DNA of 64,000 nt from an uncultured Bdellovibrionales bacterium (GCA_964444815.1 CAYUIR010000001.1:4520-68519), one strand, 5' to 3'. Positions 27,397-37,300 are shown, numbered from the stretch's first letter. Notes: a model not told the origin generated them from the sequence alone. Numbers and translations are program-made.

Positions 27397-28326
27397 ATGA
27401 CTGATTTCGATGCTATTCCGTGTCCGCTGTGCGCCGCTTCGACCTACGATGTCGTTTACCCAGGGAAGTTTCCCGAAACACTTTCGCACGAATTTCTGAC
27501 AGAAGTCTATCGCTCATCGAGTGATCAGGCGCTTTTTGAGCAGGTAGTGAAGTGTCGGGAGTGTGGAGTAGTGTACCTCAATCCGCGCCTGCGCTCCGAT
27601 CTCATTGTGAGTTCATATGCCGATGGTGAAGACAGAACTTTTATCGAGCAAGACGCTTTTCGGATCAGAACATTTGCGGAGGCACTGAAGAAGCTGCGTG
27701 ATGAATATGGCCTTCTTTTTTCACCGGAGACCAAGACTCTTGATATCGGGTGTGCCGGTGGGGCGTTTTTGCGGGCTGCCAGAGAATGTCAGCTTTCCGC
27801 TATCGGTATCGAGCCAAGTCGCTTCCTCGGGAACTACGCACGGACCACACATAACCTCGATGTTCGGAGCGGTGTACTTGCTGATTTTTCTTTTCCGGCC
27901 CACAGTTTCGACCTGATCACGCTCTGGGATGTTATTGAACATGTGCCGGATCCCAAGGAAGAATTGAGAACGATTCAACAGCTTCTCAAGCCGGATGGTC
28001 TTTTTGTTGTCAACTATCCGGACTTCGGTAGCCTGCCAGCGAAGCTGCTTGGTCGGAAGTGGCCGTTTCTTCTGAGCGTCCATCTTGTGTACTATACGCC
28101 GGAAACTATCAGGCGCCAGCTTTTGAAAAGTGGTTTCCGGGTGATCGGTATGAAAAGACACTGGCAGACACTGGAACTCGGGTATGTGATCAAGAGAGCC
28201 TCGCAGTATTTTTCAGGATTTCGTTTTCTTGGTTTTTTGACTGAAAAACTCGGACTGGCGACACTACCGATTAAGTATTGGATTGGACAGACTCAGGTAA
28301 TTGCCAAGCGTTATGATACTCGATAG
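27397..28326 (+). CDS. class I SAM-dependent methyltransferase with N-terminal Cys4 zinc-ribbon (sugar C-/O-methyltransferase-like)
   Basis: CPLC...CREC zinc pairs, followed by LDIGCAGGAF motif I and LWDVIEHVPDP. Confidence 0.7.
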   Translation: MTDFDAIPCPLCAASTYDVVYPGKFPETLSHEFLTEVYRSSSDQALFEQVVKCRECGVVYLNPRLRSDLIVSSYADGEDRTFIEQDAFRIRTFAEALKKLRDEYGLLFSPETKTLDIGCAGGAFLRAARECQLSAIGIEPSRFLGNYARTTHNLDVRSGVLADFSFPAHSFDLITLWDVIEHVPDPKEELRTIQQLLKPDGLFVVNYPDFGSLPAKLLGRKWPFLLSVHLVYYTPETIRRQLLKSGFRVIGMKRHWQTLELGYVIKRASQYFSGFRFLGFLTEKLGLATLPIKYWIGQTQVIAKRYDTR

Positions 28327-28972
28327 GAAGAAAGTACAAGCAGTGATTTTCGACATGGATGGTGTGTTGTTTCTTTCGAATGGTTGTCATGAGCGGGCCT
28401 GGCGAGAAACGTTCCAGAGTATCGGGATCACGGACTTCTCGTATGCGGCTATTGCTGGGATGCGGACAGATGATGCTCTTGCCAGGGTGATTCTTGAGCA
28501 TGGCAAGCAGGTAGAAAATTATGATATCGAGGTGCTGACAGCGAAAAAGAGGCAATTGGCCTTACAGTTTCTTGAGGCAGAGAGTGAGGTGGCGCCAGAA
28601 AGTGCTACGCTTATCGCCTACCTCAGGAAAAAGTATCGTCTTGCCCTAGCCTCGTCCGCTTCGCCCAAAACGGTGGCGCTTTTTTTAAAAAAGAGTGGCT
28701 ATGCTGATGCATTTGAGGTGGTACTTGATGGTTCCTCGGTGGAGTACTCAAAGCCGGCTCCGGATATTTACCAGTTGGCACTGAGCAAACTCGGGCTTCG
28801 GGGAGAGTGCTGCGTGGTGGTTGAAGATTCCGGCAATGGAATCAGAGCGGCACAGGATGCTGGTATCCCAGTCATTGCTCTGTCCCAGATAGCCGAGGAA
28901 GTAGAAAAAATAAAATCTTTACAGCCGACAGTAATAGTAACGATGCTTTCTGAAATTCAAAAGATTTTATAG
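28301..28972 (+). CDS. HAD-IA hydrolase, beta-phosphoglucomutase-like
   Basis: FDMDGVL motif I, and a motif III/IV region VVVEDSGNGIRAAQDAGIPVIA. Confidence 0.8.
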   Translation: MPSVMILDRKKVQAVIFDMDGVLFLSNGCHERAWRETFQSIGITDFSYAAIAGMRTDDALARVILEHGKQVENYDIEVLTAKKRQLALQFLEAESEVAPESATLIAYLRKKYRLALASSASPKTVALFLKKSGYADAFEVVLDGSSVEYSKPAPDIYQLALSKLGLRGECCVVVEDSGNGIRAAQDAGIPVIALSQIAEEVEKIKSLQPTVIVTMLSEIQKIL

Positions 28973-28975
28973 TGT

Positions 28976-31786
28976 ATGAGAGAATATACTGAGGAAGATA
29001 TTGAGAAATATTTCTTTGATCAACCCAATCCTGATTTTTGGACGGTTATTATTCCGGCTGCTGGTAAGGGGACGCGTCTTGGTTACGACAAGCCGAAGAT
29101 CCTGTATCCGATTGCAGGACGGACGATTCTTGATCGAATGATTGATCTACTGGAGCCACGTTTCAGTCAATTTGTATTAGCACTTTCTCCGGTAGGGGCG
29201 CCCGATGTCATTCCGGAGCTCGAGAAAAGGATTCCTGGTCGTTTCGAAACGGTAACGCTTCAGTCGCGAGGCATGGCTGATTCTATTTATCAGGCTCTTC
29301 ACAAGGTGACTACGCCTTATGTTTTGATTATCTGGGGTGACCAAGTGGCAATCAGTGACCGTACCATCGTAGCAGTTCAGAAAATACTACAATTCACTCC
29401 GGGGGCCAAACTGGCGTTTCCAGTGGTGAAGCGTGAGCAGCCCTACGTGCATTATGAAGTGGACGAACATGGTTCCTTTACGCATGTGCTCGAGAGACGG
29501 GAGGGAGCGAATATGCCGCCACAGGGGAGGAGTGACTGTGGAGTGTTTGCATTCGAGACTCGTCGTCTGCGTGAGGTATATGATGATGAAGTTACGAAGG
29601 GCATCACCCTCAGTCGAGGAACAAAAGAGTGGAATTTTTTGCCGATGTTGCCACGCTTTGAAGCTGGTGGAACCAGTGTGAATGCATACCAGCTTGATGC
29701 GGTAGAAGAGACTATTGGTGTTAACGATGTCAGTGATGCTCTTATGTTGGAAAAACATTTTAACTTATCACAACGTCCTATGAAGGAACGACAAGAGAAA
29801 GTGAAGGTAGCGATGTTTTCGGGTGGGCGCGGGACGGGTGCTATCACGGATGCGCTGCTTCGCTATCCGGATATCGAGTTGACGTTGCTCGTCAATACGT
29901 ACGATGATGGTCTCTCAACGGGATTGCTCCGGCGATTTATCCCAGGAATGCTTGGTCCGTCGGATGTGCGGAAGAATATTTCTCGCTTTCTCCATCATAG
30001 AAAAGATCGAGCCTCACAGGCGCTCTTGTATCTTATCGAGTATCGCTTTCCTGACCCGTATGAAGCGACTGCGGCTCTGGCGCTCCTGCGTGCTTTCAGT
30101 GATTTGAAAAATACCGAATACGCGACCAACGAAATCCTGCAAGCCCGGGAGAATCTGTCTCTCAACCAGATCAAGGCGGCAGCCACGTACCTCGAGGCGT
30201 TTCTCGCATACTACCAAGCTCATCCCGAGAATCATAGCTGGTTCCCTTTTGGTGATGTCTCACTCGGTAATCTCTTGTTTGCAGGGTGTTACTTGGTAAA
30301 TGGCGAGGATTTCAACCGAGCTGTGGCGGACTTCTCTCATTTTGCTGAAATTGGTGACCGAGTGCTCAATCTTACCAATGGGGAAAATCGTGTCTTAGTT
30401 GCTATAAAAGAAAATGGACTATACCTTCATGACGAGGCAAGTGTGGTTGGCCCACAAGACACTTCTCGCATTGAAGAAATCTTTCTCCTCCCGCGTTATC
30501 TGGAGCCAGGAGAACTTGCTGATACGATGACGAAATCGGAAAAAATTGCCTATCTGAGGAGTGTCGAGGCGCTCCCGAGCTTAAGTGAAGCGGCGCGTCA
30601 GGCTCTTCTTGATGCTGACATCATCATTTACGGCCCGGGCACTCAGTACTCGTCACTCCTCCCTTCGTACCTGACACTTGGTGTAGCAGAGGCTATTGAG
30701 CGAAATGCTAAGGCTGAGAAGGTGTTCATTGCCAATATCGCTCGGGACTACGATATTTTGGGTGAGGACGCTACCACGCTCACACGTGCCTTTCTTTGGA
30801 ATATGAGTCGTAAGGGAGCTTATCCGGTGGTGTGTCAGAAGTTTATATCCCGGTTCTTTTTTCAGAAGCCGGAGGCTACATCGTCCGGTGAAACCCCGTA
30901 CGTCCCTTTCAATGCAGCTGAATTTGAGTATCCGCTCGATAAAGTGCGTTGGATTGACTGGGAGGGTGATAAGGGTAAGCATCTCGGAGCCAAAACGATT
31001 TCTGAACTTCTTATTCATGTTGAGGGCGAGATGGAGAAACGGGTGCACCATGTGGCACACCGGGTGTCTATTGTGGTGCCGGTTCTGAATGAAGTACGGA
31101 CGGTTGGTCAGGTACTGAAAAACCTGAAGGTGCTTGACCTCTCACAAATGAAACTTGATAAGGAGATTATCGTAGTAGATGGTGGCTCAACGGATGGGAC
31201 ACTCGACATATTGGCTCAAGAGTCAGATATTCGGGTGTATGAAACTACTGGGGGCCGCGGGAAGGCGCTCGGAACCGGTATTATCAAGGCTAAGGGCGAC
31301 ATCGTCGTTTTTTTCCCGTCAGACGGAGAGTACAATGAGGAGGATATTCTGCGGGTGGTCGCACCGCTCGTCAATCAGGAGTTCCCTGTTGTGCTGGGGA
31401 GCCGTGCGTTTCACACTCACGATTTGAACCGAACACTGAAGCGTGTGTACGGCAGTCATGGCATACTCTTTTATGTGAGCAAGTATGGTGGAATCGCTCT
31501 CTCTATTCTGATGCTGGTGATGTACCATCGCTTCATCAGTGATCCATTCACAACGCTCCGAGGATTTAACATGCGTGTATTTCGAGGTATGCGTTTCGAG
31601 AATACCGGAGCAGAGTTTGATATGGAGCTTATCGCAAAGATCATCCGTCGCGGTCATGTTATACTGGAAGTACCCGTGAGTTACAAAGCCAGAACCGTAG
31701 CAGAAGGAAAGAAGACAACTGTGTGGGACGGTCTCCGATATCTGTGGACGTTGTTGCGTTATTCCTTGTGGAAGCCGAAACAGTAA
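28976..31786 (+). CDS. three-domain fusion: MobA/IspD-like nucleotidyltransferase, CofD/YvcK-family domain, and GT2 (DPM1-like) glycosyltransferase
   Basis: 936 aa. The nucleotidyltransferase domain (aa ~22-250) has VIIPAAGKGTRLGYDKPK. The CofD/YvcK-like domain (aa ~276-620) has MFSGGRGTGAI...LLVNTYDDGLSTGLLRR...IIYGPGTQYSSLLPSYL. The GT2 domain (aa ~696-910) has SIVVPVLNE...VVDGGSTDGT...DGEY. Confidence 0.8.
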   Translation: MREYTEEDIEKYFFDQPNPDFWTVIIPAAGKGTRLGYDKPKILYPIAGRTILDRMIDLLEPRFSQFVLALSPVGAPDVIPELEKRIPGRFETVTLQSRGMADSIYQALHKVTTPYVLIIWGDQVAISDRTIVAVQKILQFTPGAKLAFPVVKREQPYVHYEVDEHGSFTHVLERREGANMPPQGRSDCGVFAFETRRLREVYDDEVTKGITLSRGTKEWNFLPMLPRFEAGGTSVNAYQLDAVEETIGVNDVSDALMLEKHFNLSQRPMKERQEKVKVAMFSGGRGTGAITDALLRYPDIELTLLVNTYDDGLSTGLLRRFIPGMLGPSDVRKNISRFLHHRKDRASQALLYLIEYRFPDPYEATAALALLRAFSDLKNTEYATNEILQARENLSLNQIKAAATYLEAFLAYYQAHPENHSWFPFGDVSLGNLLFAGCYLVNGEDFNRAVADFSHFAEIGDRVLNLTNGENRVLVAIKENGLYLHDEASVVGPQDTSRIEEIFLLPRYLEPGELADTMTKSEKIAYLRSVEALPSLSEAARQALLDADIIIYGPGTQYSSLLPSYLTLGVAEAIERNAKAEKVFIANIARDYDILGEDATTLTRAFLWNMSRKGAYPVVCQKFISRFFFQKPEATSSGETPYVPFNAAEFEYPLDKVRWIDWEGDKGKHLGAKTISELLIHVEGEMEKRVHHVAHRVSIVVPVLNEVRTVGQVLKNLKVLDLSQMKLDKEIIVVDGGSTDGTLDILAQESDIRVYETTGGRGKALGTGIIKAKGDIVVFFPSDGEYNEEDILRVVAPLVNQEFPVVLGSRAFHTHDLNRTLKRVYGSHGILFYVSKYGGIALSILMLVMYHRFISDPFTTLRGFNMRVFRGMRFENTGAEFDMELIAKIIRRGHVILEVPVSYKARTVAEGKKTTVWDGLRYLWTLLRYSLWKPKQ

Positions 31787-31796
31787 TTGTTGATAT

Positions 31797-32534
31797 ATGC
31801 CGAAAGTATCTATCGTCATTCCAGCTTATAATGAAGAGGCACTTATTGGGAAACTGCTTGAAGTGATTCTGGAAGTTGATATTCGGTCAATTGGTTTTGA
31901 GCGTGAGATTATTGTGGTGGATAATGGGTCACATGATAAAACCTCAGAAATCGTAGCTCGTTTTCCCGAGGTTCGTTTGCTTCGGATCGAGGTCAACAAG
32001 GGAAAGGGTGATGGCGTGCGCCATGGTATCGCTCATGCGACAGGAGATTATATCCTCATCCAGGATGCTGATCTCGAGTATGATCCCCATGATTATCTCG
32101 TACTGCTACAGCCGCTTTTGACAGCTAATAAGCCGATGTCTGTATATGGGAGTAGAATCTTAGGAGAAATGGAACGGGACAGTAGTTCTTTTTTTGGAAA
32201 GCACCCAGATAAATCGCTCCCTACTTTTATTGCAAATTTCCTCCTTTCTTTTTGGGCGTATTTTTTATTTGGTCAGTGGATTACTGACACTCTGACCGGT
32301 TACAAGATTTATCCTACCAAACTCCTGCAGGGCTTTACCATTCAAACGACTGGCTTCGAAACGGATCATGAGTTGACCGCAAAGCTCATTCGTTCAGGCG
32401 TTTCGATTGTTGAAGTGCCTGTGTCCTATACGCCCCGCACAGTTGAACAAGGCAAAAAAATTCGATACTCTGATTTCTTCATCGCTCTTTCCACATTTTT
32501 CAAATTTCGCTTCGTGTCAAAGCAGGCATTCTAA
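31797..32534 (+). CDS. GT2 polyprenyl-phosphate hexose synthase (GtrB/DPM1-like)
   Basis: VSIVIPAYNEE, VVDNGSHDKT and QDADLEY motifs. Confidence 0.85.
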   Translation: MPKVSIVIPAYNEEALIGKLLEVILEVDIRSIGFEREIIVVDNGSHDKTSEIVARFPEVRLLRIEVNKGKGDGVRHGIAHATGDYILIQDADLEYDPHDYLVLLQPLLTANKPMSVYGSRILGEMERDSSSFFGKHPDKSLPTFIANFLLSFWAYFLFGQWITDTLTGYKIYPTKLLQGFTIQTTGFETDHELTAKLIRSGVSIVEVPVSYTPRTVEQGKKIRYSDFFIALSTFFKFRFVSKQAF

Positions 32535-32545
32535 GACCTCAAAAA

Positions 32546-32953
32546 ATGCTCCGTATACTCCTGGGACGGTTTCCATTTTGGAAGCTGGTAAAATTTGTCA
32601 TCACCGGTGGGATCGCCTTGGGGATTGATGTGGTTTTGTACTACCTTCTTACTCGTTATGGACATGTCTACTATCTTTTGGCGCGGACACTTTCGCTGGG
32701 AGTAGCTATTATTTGGAGCTTTACGGTCAATCGTCAGTGGACCTTCCGTGCTATAGAGGGCGATACTCGTAAACAGGCAGTCAAGTTTATCACTGTGATA
32801 CTCGCCACCTCGCTTCTCAGTCTCGGGCTTATGCATGTGGGCGTGACGCTACTTCATTTTCATGACCTAGTAGTCATTTTGTTTGCTGCTGTCATTACAA
32901 CCCTTATCAACTTCACCGCCCACTCCTTGTGGAGCTACGCCAAAAAAGCATGA
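32546..32953 (+). CDS. GtrA-family small membrane protein
   Basis: 135 aa with 4 TM helices. FVITGGIALGIDVVLYYLL is typical of GtrA. Confidence 0.75.
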   Translation: MLRILLGRFPFWKLVKFVITGGIALGIDVVLYYLLTRYGHVYYLLARTLSLGVAIIWSFTVNRQWTFRAIEGDTRKQAVKFITVILATSLLSLGLMHVGVTLLHFHDLVVILFAAVITTLINFTAHSLWSYAKKA

Positions 32954-34596
32954 ATGATGTATTTAAGTGTTTTTCACTAAACTCCGTCTTTATTTTTTTA
33001 ATACTACTTCTTTTCGAAGTTAGTATTCACCCATTGGGCATGGGGCCGGATCGTCGGATTCATGACCCTGCTGTCTATCGGCTTGCTGATGCGAGCTATA
33101 TGCCTGCGGATTGGTATACCAACATGGCAGTTGAAAGTGGCGTCTATACGTTTTATGCTAAGCTCGTGAATGTATACCAGGTACTTTCGATATCTGAGGA
33201 GTTTTGGCGTATGGCGCTCTATCTCCTATCACTAGGAGTTTTGTATGTTGCCCTAATCAAGATTGCCCGACTTTTTTCTGAGAGTGTGCTCGTGGTGCCG
33301 ATTGTAGCGTTTTTTCATGCTATTGTGATCGTGGTGGCCCCACCTATCTGGCTCTATGGTCCGTTTATCCAGGTTGATGGTGGATTGGCACCACGTTCGA
33401 TCGGCATCGCGCTTTCTTTTCTCGCTCTGTATTTTCTATTGATGCAAGCGCGATATATGCCGTGGGTGCTCCTAGGCCTCGCTACCTTGGTGCATGTGTC
33501 CAACTCTCTCATTATTTTCACGCTCTATTTTGGGGCTTGGCTGCTCTTGGCACTTCTGAATCGGGACAGCATCACTCCATGGAGGACACATCTCAGTCTG
33601 CTGTTTCGCCAGGGGAGTACGGCGTTTCTCATCTACCTGCTTGCTGGTGGTTGGTTTGCTCTGTCTGTTTCTTTACGGAATACCGGAGTTTCGGATTTTC
33701 CAGACGCAAAATTCATCTGGACGTGGATCTATTTTCGGGCACCCTACATGGCACTGCCGCTCATGCCCTGGAAGGCCTGGCTCCTCTTTGGGCTCCATAT
33801 TGGCGCTCTCACGGTCTCTTGGTATCTGCTCAGGCAAAGGAGTGCCGAGACTGCCCGAAAGATGCTCGATCTCTTGGCTTTGATTGGGCTGGGAGCAGTC
33901 CTGTATTTCTTTGCTTTTTACGCCTTTGCCTTTATCTATCCCTGGCTGCCTGGGTTCCAGTTTTATTCGTTACGTGTTATTTACCTCATGCACTTTGTAG
34001 CCTATCTTTTTTCAGCCCTAGTACTTATTGTCTGGATGCGACGGTTTGGTATACATCGAACTTTGATAGTGTTCGGATGTTTGGTGCTTACCATGGTCTA
34101 CCTCTTCGCACCCATACAGAATCAGACCAAGAAGATGATTGGAAATCTGAAAACGAGCGTCAATTATCTCCTTCGTCAGCAAACATCATATACTCTGTCA
34201 CCAACGACGAGGGCGCTCTCAACTCTACAGGAGCCGTTCTTGGCACCACCGAATTGGTACGGCTCTCCACGGTATCTGCCGAGTGTGGTGAGTTATAAAA
34301 TGTTTGGGTTTACCCCAGCGGGCCTGAAAGAATGGTACGAGCGTATGAATGACGTGAGCGGGAGCGAGCTTGAACGCTCATATTTGGCACAAGAAGAAGT
34401 AGGTCGTTTTCAGCCAGTGACGCTTAGCTGGGGAGTGCTCTATACTCGCTTGACTACCGAAGAAATAATAACCCTCTCAAAGAAGTATCGCTTTACGCTG
34501 TTCCTAGCCTTACAGTCATCGGAGTATCCGTTTGAGGTGATAGCGGAGGACCCGGACTATCGGCTTTATCGGATTACGACTGGAGAGCCTCGTTAA
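32950..34596 (+). CDS. polytopic membrane protein, GtrC-like / GT-C candidate
   Basis: Start at MNDVFK (32950), overlapping the gtrA stop as ATGA. About 14 TM helices. Its position directly after GtrB and GtrA supports the call. Confidence 0.5.
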   Translation: MNDVFKCFSLNSVFIFLILLLFEVSIHPLGMGPDRRIHDPAVYRLADASYMPADWYTNMAVESGVYTFYAKLVNVYQVLSISEEFWRMALYLLSLGVLYVALIKIARLFSESVLVVPIVAFFHAIVIVVAPPIWLYGPFIQVDGGLAPRSIGIALSFLALYFLLMQARYMPWVLLGLATLVHVSNSLIIFTLYFGAWLLLALLNRDSITPWRTHLSLLFRQGSTAFLIYLLAGGWFALSVSLRNTGVSDFPDAKFIWTWIYFRAPYMALPLMPWKAWLLFGLHIGALTVSWYLLRQRSAETARKMLDLLALIGLGAVLYFFAFYAFAFIYPWLPGFQFYSLRVIYLMHFVAYLFSALVLIVWMRRFGIHRTLIVFGCLVLTMVYLFAPIQNQTKKMIGNLKTSVNYLLRQQTSYTLSPTTRALSTLQEPFLAPPNWYGSPRYLPSVVSYKMFGFTPAGLKEWYERMNDVSGSELERSYLAQEEVGRFQPVTLSWGVLYTRLTTEEIITLSKKYRFTLFLALQSSEYPFEVIAEDPDYRLYRITTGEPR

Positions 34597-35767
34597 AGAC
34601 ACTCTCAATTTTCTGGCTGATGAGATCTTGGTGAAACTTATCTTGGTAGAGGGAGAGTGCGTTTTGAGAATACGTATGAAGCAAAGTGGAATCTAGAAGG
34701 AATTTTTCGATGGAAGCAAACAGAAAGTCTTCGACGGGACGGAGACCGCCATTTTTTTGTAGGGCGATGAGATCACTGTAGAAATCTCTGGGATGAGTAT
34801 ACTTGCCTCGGAGTCGATAGGTATCGAGATCGTAGTCCTTGAGTGGGTGATTGGGATAGACCATAGCATTGTAGCCGTCGAGTGCGACTTCGGTAGTAGC
34901 GTATTGATCAGTGCAGATGATGGGCATCCCAAACGAGATTGCCTCGACCAAGACTAGTCCAAAGCCATCGCGGAAGGTCGGAAGCATGAAGATATCATGG
35001 CGAAGGTACATTTCATTCATAGCGTCACCGTTCAGGTTGGCTTCGACGAGGTTGAGGCCCGGGATAGCGCGCATCATCTCGAGGTCACTCTTTTTGACAG
35101 TGTGAAGCGGAGTAATGATCGTGAGTTCAACACCGGTGTATTGCTCTCGAATACGGGAAAAGGCATGGACGAGCTCGATACCACCTTTCATGTAAAACAT
35201 ACCTGCAAAGAGGAGTTTCAATGTCCCTTGAAATTGTTTCGGACTCAGATTCTTACTCTCAATAAGAGGGTAAATTTGGATTGATTTTTTTTCTGCTATG
35301 GCGCGAGTCTGGGCGCCATAAGGGACGGTCGCAAAAAAGCTCTTTTGTCCAGCTTCGCTCATGAAAATGAGTCGTCGGCATGATTTTTGTCGGACGAGGA
35401 AGGAGAAAAAGATTCGTGCTAGGGGGTTTGCAGCGATTGTAGTGTCGTAGTTGTACAGCGCGACGCCGTTCTCAATATAGACACAGTAGGGTTTGTTAGT
35501 AAGGAGCATGCATCCATAGGTAAAAAACATGTCTGCGTCCTGATCAAATTTAATGCGCACATTGAGAATACCGAACAGTCGCCTCAGCTCATTAATGCGA
35601 CTCGATTTGACGCGCACAATCTCTTGCTCATAGGGAGGGAGCATAGATTGGTAGAAGTTACCGCTACTTGGTTTCTTAATGATGAACTCAAAGTCCTTCA
35701 GAAACTTTCCAAAGTTCACGATGTGCTTTCGGAGATATGGCTGGAAAAGGACAATTCGGTGTTTCAT
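34574..35767 (-). CDS. glycosyltransferase family 4
   Basis: Start at MKHRIVLFQPY (35767), ATGA-coupled to the upstream methyltransferase. C-terminal FRDGFGLVLVEAISFGMPIICTD. Confidence 0.8.
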   Translation of the reverse strand: MKHRIVLFQPYLRKHIVNFGKFLKDFEFIIKKPSSGNFYQSMLPPYEQEIVRVKSSRINELRRLFGILNVRIKFDQDADMFFTYGCMLLTNKPYCVYIENGVALYNYDTTIAANPLARIFFSFLVRQKSCRRLIFMSEAGQKSFFATVPYGAQTRAIAEKKSIQIYPLIESKNLSPKQFQGTLKLLFAGMFYMKGGIELVHAFSRIREQYTGVELTIITPLHTVKKSDLEMMRAIPGLNLVEANLNGDAMNEMYLRHDIFMLPTFRDGFGLVLVEAISFGMPIICTDQYATTEVALDGYNAMVYPNHPLKDYDLDTYRLRGKYTHPRDFYSDLIALQKNGGLRPVEDFLFASIEKFLLDSTLLHTYSQNALSLYQDKFHQDLISQKIESVFNEALQS

Positions 35768-36561
35768 GATTTCTTTCGGAGAACGAGTAAAACAGCGTGA
35801 CCAGCCACCGGTGCAAAGAGGACGGAAAAAATATAACACAATCCTTGACCAAGAAGACTCTTGTTGTTGTAAAGACGCTGGAAAATTGGCTTGAGAACAC
35901 CACTTTCATCCTTGAGCCCCTTGAATCCTTCGTAGGGTCTCTTTTCTACGAGTTCGAATCCCAATCTTTGAAATGTGGCGATAGTGCGATCGGCAGAAAG
36001 AGCAAATTGGTAGAAGTGATTGCAATCAAAAGTAGTCTGATTAAAAAGTGGATAGGTACCGAGCGATGCTTTGAGTTTCCGTAGGGGAGACATGTAGGGA
36101 AAGGTCAGAAAAAGATAACCACCAGGCTTGAGGACTCGGTGCATCTCTTTTGCTATGGATTCATATCCCTCCGGAAAGTGCTCAATAACTCCGAGTGACC
36201 AGTAGCCGTCAAAAGTAGCTTCGTCAAAATCAAGTTTTCGTACATCACCAAGCGTGATGGTGAGGTCTGGCAGGAGAGTGTTGATTTGGCGCACTGTTTT
36301 TTCTGCAAAATCCACGCCCTGTGCGAGGTAGCCTTTGGAGACAAGTGAGTAGACATATTGACCTTTGCCACAGCCACCCTCAAGAATTCGAGCACCTCGT
36401 TTGAGGTATTCCTTCGTTATACCCGAGACAAAGTGCTCTTTCGCTCCAGCGAGGATGCTTTTCTTGAGCTGTTCATCCTCCCATTGGCGGTCCCAAAATT
36501 CGGGCGTAGCGCGCTCTTCGATGTAGACAAGCTGATCGTGCTCTCGGTCGTAGTAACGCAT
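35764..36561 (-). CDS. class I SAM-dependent methyltransferase
   Basis: ILEGGCGKGQY motif I and LKPGGYLFLTFP. Confidence 0.8.
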   Translation of the reverse strand: MRYYDREHDQLVYIEERATPEFWDRQWEDEQLKKSILAGAKEHFVSGITKEYLKRGARILEGGCGKGQYVYSLVSKGYLAQGVDFAEKTVRQINTLLPDLTITLGDVRKLDFDEATFDGYWSLGVIEHFPEGYESIAKEMHRVLKPGGYLFLTFPYMSPLRKLKASLGTYPLFNQTTFDCNHFYQFALSADRTIATFQRLGFELVEKRPYEGFKGLKDESGVLKPIFQRLYNNKSLLGQGLCYIFSVLFAPVAGHAVLLVLRKKS

Positions 36562-36565
36562 AGGA

Positions 36566-37300
36566 TTAAGGTTTCTTGGCGATAAGGATGCAGTTGAGGG
36601 TCAATCCACGAAAAATTAATTGGTCGAGTTTCTTCATCCCTGGTAGACCACTTCTTCCGAGAGTAAAACAGAACCAGTCAAAACATATCCCGATAATGTT
36701 GTTGATCAGGTACAGAGGAGCAAATAGGAGACCTAAACCAAATGATGCGAGAAAATAATTCCAGAGCTGAATGAGGGTTGTCAAATAACTATTTGATTCT
36801 TCCAGCTTTTCTATGTGAAAATCTTTAAAGAGAAGAGCAAGACCAAATTTAGTAAAACGCCAGTAGTCTACATTCCAAAAAGAAAGCGTCTTTGAGTCAA
36901 AATTGTGCACCGGCGCTTCGCTCGGACGGAGCGGAATACCGTGATTCCGTACGGTTTGCGGGACCGTCACCAATACAAGGCCACCGGGCTTCAAGATACG
37001 TTCAATTTCCTTGATGGTTGCCGATGTATCAGAGATATGTTCGAGCGACTGATTTAGAACAATACCATCGATACTATTGTTCGGGAGTCCTGTGTCCCAA
37101 GCATCGCGGATGATGTCGGCCTTGGTACCCGGGAAGGGATCAACTCCAACGTATCTAGCGGAAAAATAGTGCGCGTATGGCTTGTCACCACAGCCGATAT
37201 CGACCACTGTCATTGCTGAAGTGAAATGAGTAGCAAAGTCAGCCACAGCCTGTTCAACGGGCTTGCGGGCGAGATAGTTGCTGGAGAAGAGGGAAATCAT
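36566..37300 (-). CDS. class I SAM-dependent methyltransferase with C-terminal membrane anchor
   Basis: VVDIGCGDKPY motif I and LKPGGLVLVTVP, followed by 2 hydrophobic helices. Confidence 0.7.
   Translation of the reverse strand: MISLFSSNYLARKPVEQAVADFATHFTSAMTVVDIGCGDKPYAHYFSARYVGVDPFPGTKADIIRDAWDTGLPNNSIDGIVLNQSLEHISDTSATIKEIERILKPGGLVLVTVPQTVRNHGIPLRPSEAPVHNFDSKTLSFWNVDYWRFTKFGLALLFKDFHIEKLEESNSYLTTLIQLWNYFLASFGLGLLFAPLYLINNIIGICFDWFCFTLGRSGLPGMKKLDQLIFRGLTLNCILIAKKP

Noticed and set aside
33462-34298. 278 aa alternative-frame ORF inside the GtrC-like gene
   Set aside because: It is an out-of-frame overlap and its Arg/Ser/Cys-rich composition is non-protein-like. The hydrophobic frame is preferred.
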